Origin: Diplonema japonicum
Lineage: Eukaryota > Protista > Euglenozoa: Diplonemea
Assembly: GCA_964019335.1 (NCBI GenBank)
Contig: OZ025650.1
Span: 744,001 to 808,000 of the forward strand
Direction: 5' to 3'
Length of the DNA: 64,000 bases
Shown: positions 13,250 to 24,645 of the stretch, in pieces
How positions within the stretch are numbered: the stretch's first letter is position 1
How the letters are laid out: each line of letters opens with the position of its first letter
Program-made: the position numbers and the translations under genes
Notes under the pieces: generated by a model
The model's database searches: none
What the model was told of the DNA's origin: nothing
The model's input: only the letters and a program-made list of their open reading frames with translations

Positions 13250-15636
13250 ATGACAATGATGCGAACAATGCTGGCCCTGCTGCTGGCTGGCTCGACACAG
13301 GCGATGCAATGGGCCTCCATCAACTGCCCATCTGGAAGCGGGAACTGCAACTACCGGAACACCGGCAGTGCGGATGAGGCGGTGAGCCTTTTCTTCCAGG
13401 TGGAACTTGCATCTGGAGAGACGGAGGGGTCGTTCAGCTGCAGTGACGGACAGATGACGTACTGCAGCAGGAAGTGGTCAGCAGCGGACTCTGGGAGCGC
13501 GGGGGGCTGCTATTTCCTCCTCCCTGCGGGGGGGCAATTCCAGTGCCAGACGCAGGGGACGATCCATTTCATCGGGGCGCATTCCGCCCCCCTCAGTGGC
13601 TCGGTACTCTCGACAGAGCAGAAGCAGGTCCCTTGTTCCGGCGGCTCGTGCACCTTCACTAACACCGAGTCCGCTGACATGTGGGTGGCGCAGTCTTTCG
13701 AGACTTCCGGGAGCTCCCGGAACACCTACGACTGCACTTACAACAACGCTGGGTCGACGATGACGCTGTGCAGCTACGCCGTGAACGGGACCGGAGGCTA
13801 CTCCTGTGGATACATCCTCCCCGCAAAAGCATCGATGACCTGCCGTGCCCAAGGCAGCATAAGCATGCGCACCTCAGCCGCTTTGTCCTTTAAGCAGCCC
13901 TACCTCGCCCCCAGCGCTGCTGTAGAGACCAAGTGGGACTGCCCCCTGGTGTCCTACCCGAAGCCCAACATGTGCGACTGTGCCTACACAAACAACCACA
14001 ACGACCAGGACCTCATCGTGATGGTGACCTCGTCCAGCACGGACAACGGCTACAACTCCTTCCACTGTGGGATTGGCGGCGCAAACGTCTGTGCTTGGGG
14101 GTCGAACCAGAATGACTATGGAAACAAAGGTGGTTGCTACTTCATCCTCCCCCCCAACACGGAGTTCAGCTGTCAGATGGAGTGGGGTGCCGCCTCCTTC
14201 TCCATCAGCACAGCCATCTCCACGAAGAGGTCTATCTTCGGTACCTCAAAGCAGGTACCTGACTGGAGAAAGAGGCCCGCCACCTCGGAAGAGCCTATCG
14301 ATCGCACCTACTCTCTTAACAAGCACCAGGAGATGTTCCAAAAGTGGAAGGCTCACCACAACAAGCAGTACGCAAACTCCGTTGAGGCAGCGCAGAGGTT
14401 CGAGAACTTCAGGAAGCACCTCAGCGCTTTTCTCAAAAAGAACAAGGCAACAGACATGCCCAACAGCCTTGCTGATTGGTCTAAGGCTGAATACGAGCTT
14501 CACTACAGGGACTGTGCCAGGACTACGCCCGAAGGTGCAGTACCGCCCCTTCCTAAAGAGCTCACCATCACGGATGAGGACATCAGGAGCCTTCCCGAAT
14601 CAATTGATTGGAGGACGAAGGGTGTCGTCACTCCTGTGAAGAACCAGGCACAGTGCGGGAGGTATGCATTGTTGACATTATAACACCCATTTACAGCTGC
14701 TGGTCGTTCAGCACCACCGGTGTGATTGAGGGTGCGTGGGCAATGGCGGGGAACTCCCTGCAGAGCCTTTCGGAGCAGGAGCTGGTGAGCTGTGAGAAGA
14801 ACTGCGATGGGTGCGACGGTGGGTGGCCGTACCTCGCCATCGAATATGTGAAACAGAACGGCGACGCTACTGAGGAGAGCTACCCATACGTATCTGGGCA
14901 GGGCAACGTCCCCCCGTGCACCGCAGGCCACACCATGGCTGACGTGAAGGTGACCGGCTACTACGCAGTGAACAACAGTGAGGACGCCATGGCAGCCGCC
15001 CTTGTTAAATACGGCCCTGTGTCCATCACGGTGGACGCGATGACGCAGCTGTGGTGGCCGTACACAGGGGGCATCATGACGGGGTGCTGCAACCACGCAC
15101 CTGACCACGCAGTGCTGCTGGTGGGGTACGGTGTGGACCAAGGAACCAAGTATTGGCTCATCAAGAACTCGTGGGGAGCAGACTGGGGTGAGGACGGGTA
15201 CATCAGGTTGGAGAGGGGCAGCAACCAGTGCGGGATCACTTCAGCGCCTACGCTGGCCTTCGTGCAGGGCGGACCCCCCATGCCGCAGCCCACGTGCCCT
15301 CCTGAAACCGTGGTCACTAATAACACCGACGGGACGCGCACCTGTGAGTGGAGAAACAACACTAAGGGCGTTATCATTCCTCCCCCGCAGTCCCTGAACG
15401 CTGACTGCAGCTACTGGCCTAAGGAGAACTCATTTAGCTACATCTGGGACGGGAGCGTGTCGCCCCCTGCGAACTACCCCTGCCCGCCCTCGTCAGAGCA
15501 CCAGGAGCAGGGCGCTGCTGAAAACTTCTGTGTTTTCTACAACGGTGCCAAGGGCCTCCACATCCCTACCACAGCCACTGTCGACTGCTCTAACCTCATT
15601 TCCCAAGGGAGATTCTCCTACACTTTCAGGCCGTAG
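13250..15636 (+). CDS. Secreted papain-family (C1A, cathepsin L-like) cysteine protease with N- and C-terminal extensions; intron 14662-14696
   Basis: Signal peptide; I29-like prodomain; LPESIDWR; spliced QCGSCW catalytic Cys; DHAV His; WLIKNSWG Asn. Confidence 0.93.
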
Positions 15637-15917
15637 AGGTGATATTCAAAAAAGAATCTACTTTGTTGTGACCCAGAGTGCGCATTGTATACCTATCTAA
15701 CAACTGTTATTTCTTTTTCCGTTGTTCAAATTACTCCCACCCTCTTCCTTCCTTCACAAAGTGCAATGGCGGACCCAAGGTACTGCCGTGGTTTGTTTTG
15801 TTCTTCTTTTCAAAAAGATTTTTTTTATTCTTTCGCATTTTTTTCTTCTTCTAGAAATAAAAGCCACCGAAGGAACTACACTATATTTTAAAAAAAAACA
15901 CACAAATTTAAAAAAAA

Positions 15918-16160
15918 ATGGGCCGCACCCACAACTGTACTACTGTCAGCCACTCCATCGGAAACAAACAGGGCCACACCCATGTTAGCTGCCCGCGTGG
16001 GTACGAGATGACCAGCGGTGGCATGATCAACTACAACAGAAGGTTCAACAAACACTCTATCTTCGAGGAGAGCATGCCTGAAGGCAACGGCTGGAGGTGT
16101 GACAGCGGCATCGGCAGGGGGCACAACCGCTGCTACGTGAGGTGCTGCAGGCAGAGGTGA
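15918..16160 (+). CDS. Small Cys/His-rich protein, paralog 2
   Basis: Same motif as 12823. Confidence 0.85.
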   Translation: MGRTHNCTTVSHSIGNKQGHTHVSCPRGYEMTSGGMINYNRRFNKHSIFEESMPEGNGWRCDSGIGRGHNRCYVRCCRQR

Positions 16161-16346
16161 TAAAAAGAAGTATTAAAAAAACCCTCCCTTTTTTTTTCGA
16201 TTTTCTTTTTTTTTTTGTTCCCCCTTTTTACACAAATAAACAAAATATGAATTGATACTTTTTTATTTATTTTTTTTTTTTTTCGCAAGAAAAAAAAAAA
16301 AAAAAAAAAAGTCTACACTAAAAAAAAAACCTAAACAAAAAAAAAA

Positions 16347-16610
16347 ATGGTCACCGTTACCGGCCGCAACCCGATCGCCAGCTCCGCTCACTGCAAGACG
16401 TACTCTCAGTACGAGGGCAGGGCTAACCGCGTCACGTACCTGAACTGTCCCAGCGGCACACACATGACTGGTGGTGGTATGAAGAATCATGTGAGGCACT
16501 TCAACAAACTGTCCGGCTTCGAGGACTCCGCCCCGCATGGAAACGGGTGGAGGTGCGACAGTGGGTTTGGGCCTGGCAAGAACCACTGTTACGTCAGATG
16601 CTGCAAATAA
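16347..16610 (+). CDS. Small Cys/His-rich protein, paralog 3
   Basis: Same motif as 12823. Confidence 0.85.
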   Translation: MVTVTGRNPIASSAHCKTYSQYEGRANRVTYLNCPSGTHMTGGGMKNHVRHFNKLSGFEDSAPHGNGWRCDSGFGPGKNHCYVRCCK

Positions 16611-16840
16611 GGTGGACATTGTGAACCGAAGGAGGATTTTCTGGAGACTTTTTTTTTTTTTTTTTGAACCTTTTTTCTTTTTTTTCTTTTTCTTTTTACA
16701 CAATTGAGAAGAAAAAAAAACAACGACACATCCCCTTACAAACATATGAAAATTTTTGTTCGCTGCTTCATGATTTGTTTAAAATATCTTTCAGGAGAGG
16801 GGAAGAAGAGGGGGGGGGGAGAAACAAACGGAACAAAAAA

Positions 16841-18563
16841 ATGTATGTTCAAAAGATGCCGGGTCAGCAATGGCAGCAAAGAGATGTATGTGTTCAAAAT
16901 AATATTAAAAAAAAAAAAACCACAGAGTCCCAACCAAGGGGGTCTATACCGAAAGGAAAGTATGGAGTACGGGCATGGGAACAATCAGGGGTTTGTCAGC
17001 GGAAACCCGGCAAAAAGCAGGCCAAGCCCTGTGAGGGGGCAGAGCCCGCAAGATATCGGGCCGCCAATTGCAACATTTCCAAACCAACCACAAGTGAGGA
17101 GAAACACGCCGGGAGGAGTGAGAAGAACAAGTGCGGACCGCAGAGGGAACTCTCCCTCTACGCAGCACCATGACCAAATTGACGAGTGGCTGTGTCCGCA
17201 CTGCAGAAAGAAGAACCCGAGGAGGACGGACAATGCAAGCTGTCATTACTGCCATCGTCCAAGACCCATGAACTCGGTGAATTCACAATGGCAGGGCACA
17301 CCGACAACAGCAATGGGGAAAATGGGAACCCCTGAGAGACGACACCCGCCAAGCACCACCACAGCACCAGTTGACGATGAAAAGACAAAAGCAGCAGCGC
17401 AAGCTACACAAGAGAAACAACAAGAACTCGACAAAATCCTCGCGGTTCTCATCAAACAGCACATTGCGGAGCCAGACTATGCGGCGCTCGGCCCGCACCA
17501 CGAGGAAAAGAACATCATCCAAATCATGAAGCAAATCGAGAAGGCGTTCTGGATGTACCTTGACGACTACGCCACCAACCCGGCTTACCCGAAAGCGCAT
17601 AAATTTGAGAAGGGTTTGCTGAAGGAGTTCACGTACGAGGTGCTGAAAAAACTGCCCAACTTGTGCGGGTTGCTGTCCGTGGTGCCAAGGGGTGGCCTCG
17701 ACTGCGAGAAAGGCGAGATTAACGTGAAATCCGTCGCCGGTAGCTTTTTCAAAACACTCTGTGAGTATAAAATGACAGAACCTGTTGCAGGCGGTGTTCT
17801 CGTCACGCCAGACCTCAAGAAAATGCTGCTCGTGAAGAACAAGCTCTGTGGGAACATCTGGACGCTCCCCAAGGGCAAGGTCACAAAGGATGACATCGAA
17901 GCAGCTGCCATCCACCACACATTCGACCAGACAGGGATCTCAATTGCCCCGCAAATTTCAAAATCCAAAAAGGTTACAATTACAATCGACCGTGGGAACG
18001 TCAAACAGCAGCAGACCCTGTTTATCGTGCTTGTCGATGAAATGGAGTTTCCTGGCAAAGACGCCGCGTGGAAGCCACTGTCAGTCCTCCCGCATGTGGA
18101 GAACATCCATCTGAAGCAGCCTGCTTTGAACAAAAAGCCGACGCAAGAATTCGAGAATGTGTCGATTTTCCTGAAAAGGCTTGCAGATCCACTGGGCCAG
18201 ATGGTGCAGAATTTGGTAATTTTTTTTTTTTTTTTTTTTCCGTCGTAACTTTTTTTTTTTTTCTCTTACAGAAAGCCGGTCGTGCACCTGAAGGTCCTGC
18301 CGTGGAGCTGACGGAAACTCCTACCCCGGTGCTCCATTATATGCAGCAGCGGGAAAAAATGTTGCAGTCGCATCAGTTTGGGGAAAGGTATGGGAGGGGA
18401 GCAAAAAAAAAAAAAAAAAAAAAAAAACAGATGGAAGAGGTTGACAAGTAAAGCCCCCACAGTATCAACCAGCGATCATCTATTTGTTAACAAGCGAAAT
18501 GCTGTGAAAACAAAGCTCTTCGCGGAGCTTGCGAAAATTAACCTAGTCGGTGTGGATGCGTGA
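16841..18563 (+). CDS. Dcp2-like protein (RanBP2-type Zn finger + Box A + degenerate Nudix); introns 16886-16925, 18216-18271, 18388-18430
   Basis: WLCPHC..N......CHYC; Box A-like IEKAFWMYLDDY; WTLPKGKV; introns restore the frame. Confidence 0.75.
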
Positions 18564-19059
18564 TTTATACAAAAAAAAATGACGACAAGAAGGAGAAAAA
18601 AGTGATTTTATTTTATTTATTTTATTTTTATTTTTTATTCCTTGAAGGGGGGGACTGGGGGGAACAGGTGGGTAGTAGGTGCGAGAGTGAGAGAGAGAAC
18701 ATCGATGAGGAAAGAAAAAAAAAAGAAAAAAAAAGAAAGACTATTGCATTTTTTTTTTTCCTTCACCTCGTGCGCTTCACTTTATTTAACACAAACAAAA
18801 GCCTTCTCTACCTCTTCTTTTTCTTTTTCTTTTTTTTTCCTTCATCCCCCCCCTTTTTTTTTCCTTCACCTGCCCTACCTGTTACATTCTTTCTTTCTTT
18901 TCCTCCCCTCTTTATCTCTTTCTGTTTTTTGTTTTTGTTTTTTTTTTTTTCTTCATTTTTATAGAGGATTTTAAATACAACTGTTAACAAAATGTTTTTT
19001 TTTTCCTTTTTGTTTTAAAGGAAACGGGGTATTTTAAAAAAAAAAAAGAGAGAGAGAAA

Positions 19060-21096
19060 ATGGAAGAAATCAGTCTGTGGGACTGTGTAGTGACGAGTTC
19101 GAAAGAAGCGAAGGCAGTGAAGAACATTCTGGAAGGTAAAAAGTTAATCGACAAAGCAGTCCAGTTGGTGGAAAAGCCGTCTGGAGGGGTCGCGTTTCCG
19201 TTGGTAAAGGGAAAGGAAGCCGAAACAAAAGCACTGGAAGGTGTTGTGATACAGCAACTCAGAGTCAAGGTGAAACAACGGCCTGTCCCCCCACCCCAAC
19301 CGATTGCTTCGCAAGCACCAGTTTATAACGAACTCCCTGGTGACAGCTTTTTTGGAGTAGACGAAATCGAAAAAATCACTCTCTCATCTGAACCCGAAAC
19401 CGCATGTCTGCAACTAGAAAAAATCGTCAAAAAAGGCGTCCCGGTTCTTATGGAAAACCTCCCTGTTGGAAGCTGCCTCGAAAAATGGACGGTGGATTTT
19501 TTAAAAGGGATAGACAGAACCGTGAACGCGCAGGTCTGCAGGGGAGAGAAGGTCGATCTGGCAGGGCACCGCACCAAGAACACAAAAGGGAACTTTACAT
19601 TCCACCCGATGAAGTTCTCGGAGCTAGTAGAACGGTGTTCAAATCCCGGGTCCGTTCCCTTTTTACACCAACCAGACGAGAGGTATTACCTGAGGAGTGT
19701 TGTGGAAGGGAGGATGACGAAGCCTTCTCACTTCCCTGACATTTTCCCTGAAATCGGAGACGACTTTGATATAAGTGCCTTGGCAAGGCTCATGGAGCCT
19801 ACCTGCGGGTATCACTCTAGCGCCCTTCGCGTCACAGCTCCGTGCACTCAGCTGTGGACGCACTACGACACACTCCCAAACCTTTTGACGCAAGTTCTTG
19901 GGGAAAAGACGTGTACCCTGCACCCTCCAGCCTGCGATGGCGACCTTTATGTGGAGGGCACCTCTTCAAGAGTTAATGACCTCGTTGACCCTAGCCCTGA
20001 GCTTTACCCGAATGCCGTAAAAGCCCAAAGTCATGCACTCACCATAAAGCTTTGCAAGGGCCAGACCTTGTTCATCCCCCCACTGTGGTTCCACCACACC
20101 ATGTCGGCGGAGGGCATTAGCGTCGCTGTGAACGTCTTCTTCGAACGCAAAACGGTAAAAAAGTTCTACCAACCGAAAGATCTCTACGGGAACAAAGACC
20201 TTCCTTTAGGGTTGAAGCTCGTTGAGAAGGGAGAGAAGCTCATCTCGGACATGGAAAGCTTGCCGCAACCTTATAAGGCATTTTATGCACGGAAGCTGAT
20301 ACAGGTCATCGAGAAGAAAACGTTTTGTGTCCATCGTGAAAGATATGCAGGCGAGAAGAAGGTTGCTGTTGTAACCGGAGGGACGGGGGTCATCGGGAAG
20401 GAGATCGTTAAAGGACTTCTTGCTAAAAACATGCATGTTGTTGTGATATCAAGAAGGGCTGAGGCAGAAGTCGAACAGGGGGCCGTTGTAAGGGTAGCGG
20501 ACTTGAGCAACATGGGGAGCATTGAGGCTTGTGTCGAGAACTTGCTGTATGAGTTTAATGGGAATATCGAGGTCCTGGTGAACAATGCAGCGGTTGTTGG
20601 AAAGGAGAAAATCATGACCGGTGAAGGGCTCGAACTGCAGTTCGCGGTAAACGTAGCGTCCTACTACAAATTTATCAGAGGCCTTTCTAAAGGCAATGTG
20701 AAGAATATTGTGAATGTGGCCTCAAACTGGGCAGGGGGGCACGACCCCAATGACCCATTCTTCGCTACCCGAAAGTACACTCCTTCAGCAGCCTACCGTG
20801 CGTCTAAGCAAGCCAATCGGATCCTAACACACGCTCTTGCACCCTTGCTCACCCCAACCATTATCAACGCGTGCCATCCTGGCGTCGTTTGTGACACCGC
20901 TGTCTCCAACTCCCTCAACCTGAAGTCCGGTTCCCACACCCCCGCAGAAGCTGCCGCCGTGCCTTTGTACCTCGCGACATCCCCGCCTTCCTTCACTGGA
21001 AAATATCTTGCGGGTGGGATCGATGTCCCTCCTGTCGAGGACCTTGAATGGACCGATCTGGAGCAACCGCTTTTAGACCTTTTGGAAGGGTATTGA
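19060..21096 (+). CDS. TYW5-like JmjC hydroxylase fused to a C-terminal SDR domain
   Basis: QLWTHYD...LFIPPLWFH...DLYGNKD (TYW5-like); TGGTGVIG, LVNNAA, YRASK (SDR). Confidence 0.85.
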   Translation: MEEISLWDCVVTSSKEAKAVKNILEGKKLIDKAVQLVEKPSGGVAFPLVKGKEAETKALEGVVIQQLRVKVKQRPVPPPQPIASQAPVYNELPGDSFFGVDEIEKITLSSEPETACLQLEKIVKKGVPVLMENLPVGSCLEKWTVDFLKGIDRTVNAQVCRGEKVDLAGHRTKNTKGNFTFHPMKFSELVERCSNPGSVPFLHQPDERYYLRSVVEGRMTKPSHFPDIFPEIGDDFDISALARLMEPTCGYHSSALRVTAPCTQLWTHYDTLPNLLTQVLGEKTCTLHPPACDGDLYVEGTSSRVNDLVDPSPELYPNAVKAQSHALTIKLCKGQTLFIPPLWFHHTMSAEGISVAVNVFFERKTVKKFYQPKDLYGNKDLPLGLKLVEKGEKLISDMESLPQPYKAFYARKLIQVIEKKTFCVHRERYAGEKKVAVVTGGTGVIGKEIVKGLLAKNMHVVVISRRAEAEVEQGAVVRVADLSNMGSIEACVENLLYEFNGNIEVLVNNAAVVGKEKIMTGEGLELQFAVNVASYYKFIRGLSKGNVKNIVNVASNWAGGHDPNDPFFATRKYTPSAAYRASKQANRILTHALAPLLTPTIINACHPGVVCDTAVSNSLNLKSGSHTPAEAAAVPLYLATSPPSFTGKYLAGGIDVPPVEDLEWTDLEQPLLDLLEGY

Positions 21097-21191
21097 TCAT
21101 CCTTTCCCCCCTTTTTTTCTCGAAATTTTATTCCCCCCCTCCAAAAAAAACAATTCTCAATTTTTTTCTCTTCTTTCTTTAGTCAGGAAGT

Positions 21192-21584
21192 ATGAGAAAG
21201 GGACAGGTTCTGAATGGCTGGTCCTCGCGAACACCGTTGGGGTTGTGGGAGATCGTCAAAAGCCACAAGCGACATGAAGAGAATCTGATGCAGATAAAAA
21301 AACGCAATCCGGTGTATTGCGCAAAGCCGAAGCTGCAGGATGTAAACACAAGCGGCAAACAAAAAAGTGGAAAACGCTCGAACTCAAAAAAACACACCTT
21401 CCCTGGGATCAAACTGGAGCTGAACAAGAGTGCTTTTCGGGTTCGGTACGAGATGCAGGACGAGGAGTATGCTGTGTATAAGAATTTTGTAACGTTGCTA
21501 ACGGAGCTCCCGGAGGGGGACATCGTGCGTGTGGCGGAAGCGGCCATAAACGCGTTCAGTAAGATGTCCACATCTTGCGAATGA
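21192..21584 (+). CDS. Hypothetical protein
   Basis: 130-aa ATG ORF with coding-like composition between T-rich intergenic tracts. Confidence 0.5.
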   Translation: MRKGQVLNGWSSRTPLGLWEIVKSHKRHEENLMQIKKRNPVYCAKPKLQDVNTSGKQKSGKRSNSKKHTFPGIKLELNKSAFRVRYEMQDEEYAVYKNFVTLLTELPEGDIVRVAEAAINAFSKMSTSCE

Positions 21585-21775
21585 TGCACAATGCCAAGGT
21601 GGTTGTGGTTTTTTTAAAAGAATATCTCAGAAGATGCGCTTCCGTACATCTCTTGTTTTTTTTTTCCTTCTTCTTCTTCTTTTCTTTTTTTTTTTCCCCC
21701 TCCTCTTTTCCTTTTTTAACAAATGTGCTACCACAACAGGTACACTCAAGAAAAAGAAAAAAAAAACCCATAAAA

Positions 21776-22936
21776 ATGCCTGATACAGAAACGCGAACCC
21801 CTGTTCGTGTCATCACCGGGTTCCTCGGCTCGGGGAAAACAACCCTCTTGAACTATATCCTGTCGGAGCCCCACAACCTAGGTAGAATAGGAGTGATCGA
21901 GAATGAGTACGGAGAAGAAGGTGTTGACGGTAAGATCTTAGCAGTGAAACACGATGAACGCACAATCATAGAAGTGAGCAATGGGTGTCTGTGCTGCACT
22001 GTCAGAGGTGATTTGAAGGAGGCTATTCTGGACATGCTAGGGCAAACCCCACCGGTGGAGAGCATCATCGTGGAGACGAGCGGGGTTGCGGACCCGGCCC
22101 CTGTTGTGCAGACTTTTTTGGGAGACGATGACATTGCGGGGAAGTGTGTTTTGAAAGGTGTGATCACATTGGTTGACGCGAAACATGTTATTTCGCATTT
22201 GGACACCGACCCGCAGGTAGGAGCGCAGATAGCATCTGCAGACGTGATACTTTTAAACAAATCGGATTTGGTTACGAACAGCTGGCTGCAGAGGGTGGAG
22301 TCCATGGTGAAGGCGATCAACAGCCACCCGGACATCATAAGGTGCATTAAAGGGAAAGTCGATTTGAGTACTCTTCTTTCAACCACGTGGTTCGGGAAGG
22401 AGATTCCCGAGAAAACCACCGACGATAAGAAACCAAACAAACACGGCATCGCTGTCACCACCATCACCGTCCCCGGCGCGCTTTCCCTGGGCGATCTTGA
22501 GCTTTTCCTCTCCCGTTTGACTTCGGAAAAATCTGCTGATCTTTATCGTTACAAAGGCGTGCTTCCTATCAAAGGCCACGAGCAGCAACGCTACATCTTC
22601 CAAGGTGTTCATGGTATCTTCGGTGGGGAGATCGTTCCCGGCGGCTGGCCGTCTGACACCCCCCTCACCGCCAAGATGGTCTTCATAGGGAAAAACCTTG
22701 ACAAGGCAGAGCTTCAAAAAGGCTTGGAATCCTGTGTAGCGAAAGATCTTAGGTTTAAAACAGGCGACCTCGTGCAATGCTCAACCCCTGTAGGGTGGCA
22801 GGACGGCGCTATCCTTGATACATGGAACGCGGGGTGTCCTTACCTAATCGAAGTTATCTCCGGGATACCGAACATACCTGGAAGGAGGCTGTTTGCACCC
22901 GCCGATACAGAGTCTTTTGTGAAGTCAAGGGGGTGA
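21776..22936 (+). CDS. COG0523/CobW-family (ZNG1-like) metallochaperone GTPase
   Basis: ITGFLGSGKTT, GCLCC, VETSGVADP, LLNKSDL, YRYKG. Confidence 0.93.
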   Translation: MPDTETRTPVRVITGFLGSGKTTLLNYILSEPHNLGRIGVIENEYGEEGVDGKILAVKHDERTIIEVSNGCLCCTVRGDLKEAILDMLGQTPPVESIIVETSGVADPAPVVQTFLGDDDIAGKCVLKGVITLVDAKHVISHLDTDPQVGAQIASADVILLNKSDLVTNSWLQRVESMVKAINSHPDIIRCIKGKVDLSTLLSTTWFGKEIPEKTTDDKKPNKHGIAVTTITVPGALSLGDLELFLSRLTSEKSADLYRYKGVLPIKGHEQQRYIFQGVHGIFGGEIVPGGWPSDTPLTAKMVFIGKNLDKAELQKGLESCVAKDLRFKTGDLVQCSTPVGWQDGAILDTWNAGCPYLIEVISGIPNIPGRRLFAPADTESFVKSRG

Positions 22937-23273
22937 CGTCTCCCCCCCTCCCCCCATAATACGATATGGTTAGTACGAAGAAGCTGAAGATCTCATTTTT
23001 TAAATCTTCTTTGAAAACGTGACAAAGATCATATAATAACGTACGAGTAAAACGAGAGAAAGTAACGGGTCTGTCGACCCCCCTTTTATTTATTTCACTG
23101 TTTTATTTCCGACCCTGTAACGCTAAAAGCCATTGCTTATAGTTAGCTTCGCGAGGCACAAGAACATTCCTCGGCACAAGTTGCCTCTGTAGCAAAAAAA
23201 AAAAAAAAAAAAAAAAAAAGGAAGTGGGGACAGTCGGCGGGGCGGGAGAAGGGGAGGAAGTTTAAATAACAAA

Positions 23274-24392
23274 ATGCCCCAGACCGCAAGAATATGCCAT
23301 GCTGCTATACTGCTCCTTTTTCTTTTTTCCCATTGCGGTATCTGTGACACTGTGGCAGACCCGCCAATCGACGAAGGTAACTCCGGAGTTGATCTGAAAA
23401 CCGTGGTATGGTGTGTGGGGGATGGTGAATGCGTGGCCAAAGGAGATGCTGGCGCGAAATGCGTCAATAAAGCCTGCAACTGCAGCAACGGGTTTGTAAA
23501 TTCTGTAGACAACGGAAATGGGCAAGGTGCACCGTGCGTGCAGGAAGGGATACGAAGTAATTCTACTGATGAGTATCACTTCAGCGTGAAGTTCACAGAC
23601 GGCAACTGCGATGCGTTGCTGCGCTCTGCAGGAGAGGTTGTTGGGAACGCAAAACGGTGGTTTACAGTTCATTTCCAGACCGACTTACGAAACATACGGT
23701 TCGAATGCGGCTCCATCATATTCTATTTCTCTGTTTCTCTCACTCCCGAGCAGCTCGTTGACAAGACGGCACATCTTAATACATTCGTTTCTGATTCTGT
23801 TGCATCGGCATCTCTTGAGTCTGTCTTCGGCACAGCTGTCGACTCGACCTTCACGCCCTCTGTTCTGCAGTGCAACCCCTCTGCTTCAAATATTTCTGTT
23901 CTCTCTCCAACAGGCAGTTGTGTTGTTCTGTCTTGTAACGGTGAGTATTTACCGTCGTGGTCCTCGTCAGGAGCAGCTACATGCGAGCTTCAGACTCAAT
24001 TATCATCATCGAGTGACGGGCTTGCTGCGTCGCAAACTGCAGGTGTTATTCTTGCAGGGTTGTTTTTCTGCTGTTGTTGTCTTGCTGGAGGTGTGTATTT
24101 CATTATGTTCAAGTTGGACAGCGGGAATGACGAAAATCAAACGCATGGGAAAATTGAGCAACGGCGGGAATCCCCCTTGAACCCCCTTCCTGCTATCCAC
24201 GAGCCGTACGCCCAACCGTTCGATGATCCTCACCAGCAGGACAGTACCCCGTGGTCCAATCAGCGAAACCCTTCGTCCCCAACCCACCTTCCTGCCAAAA
24301 CGCAGCTTCCTCCTCCTGCATATTCCACTCACGATGAAGCTTTCAGTGATAGCGATGTCCATACCCCCACTTCTCGCCACAGAGATCTTTGA
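23274..24392 (+). CDS. Type I membrane protein with Cys-rich EGF/EB-like module
   Basis: Signal peptide, CxxDxEC...CVNKACNCxxGF, TM helix with Cys cluster, Pro-rich tail. Confidence 0.7.
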   Translation: MPQTARICHAAILLLFLFSHCGICDTVADPPIDEGNSGVDLKTVVWCVGDGECVAKGDAGAKCVNKACNCSNGFVNSVDNGNGQGAPCVQEGIRSNSTDEYHFSVKFTDGNCDALLRSAGEVVGNAKRWFTVHFQTDLRNIRFECGSIIFYFSVSLTPEQLVDKTAHLNTFVSDSVASASLESVFGTAVDSTFTPSVLQCNPSASNISVLSPTGSCVVLSCNGEYLPSWSSSGAATCELQTQLSSSSDGLAASQTAGVILAGLFFCCCCLAGGVYFIMFKLDSGNDENQTHGKIEQRRESPLNPLPAIHEPYAQPFDDPHQQDSTPWSNQRNPSSPTHLPAKTQLPPPAYSTHDEAFSDSDVHTPTSRHRDL

Positions 24393-24645
24393 AAGAACAA
24401 AATACAAAAATTACATTAAAAAGAACATTTTTTTTTTCATTTTTCTTTGAGAGTGCCCAATTGGTGAATCGAGACTCGCCTGTCGCCCTCCAAGAAGGTT
24501 TCTACCTAGCTTTTGCATCCATTTTTATCTTTTTTTCTTTCTTTCAAATTCTGTGTATCCAATTGTTTTTTTTCTCTCTCTTTTTACTCTTGTTCTTCGT
24601 CAGAACAAAGCACCCCATAGGCCTTTGAAAAGAAAACAACCTAAC

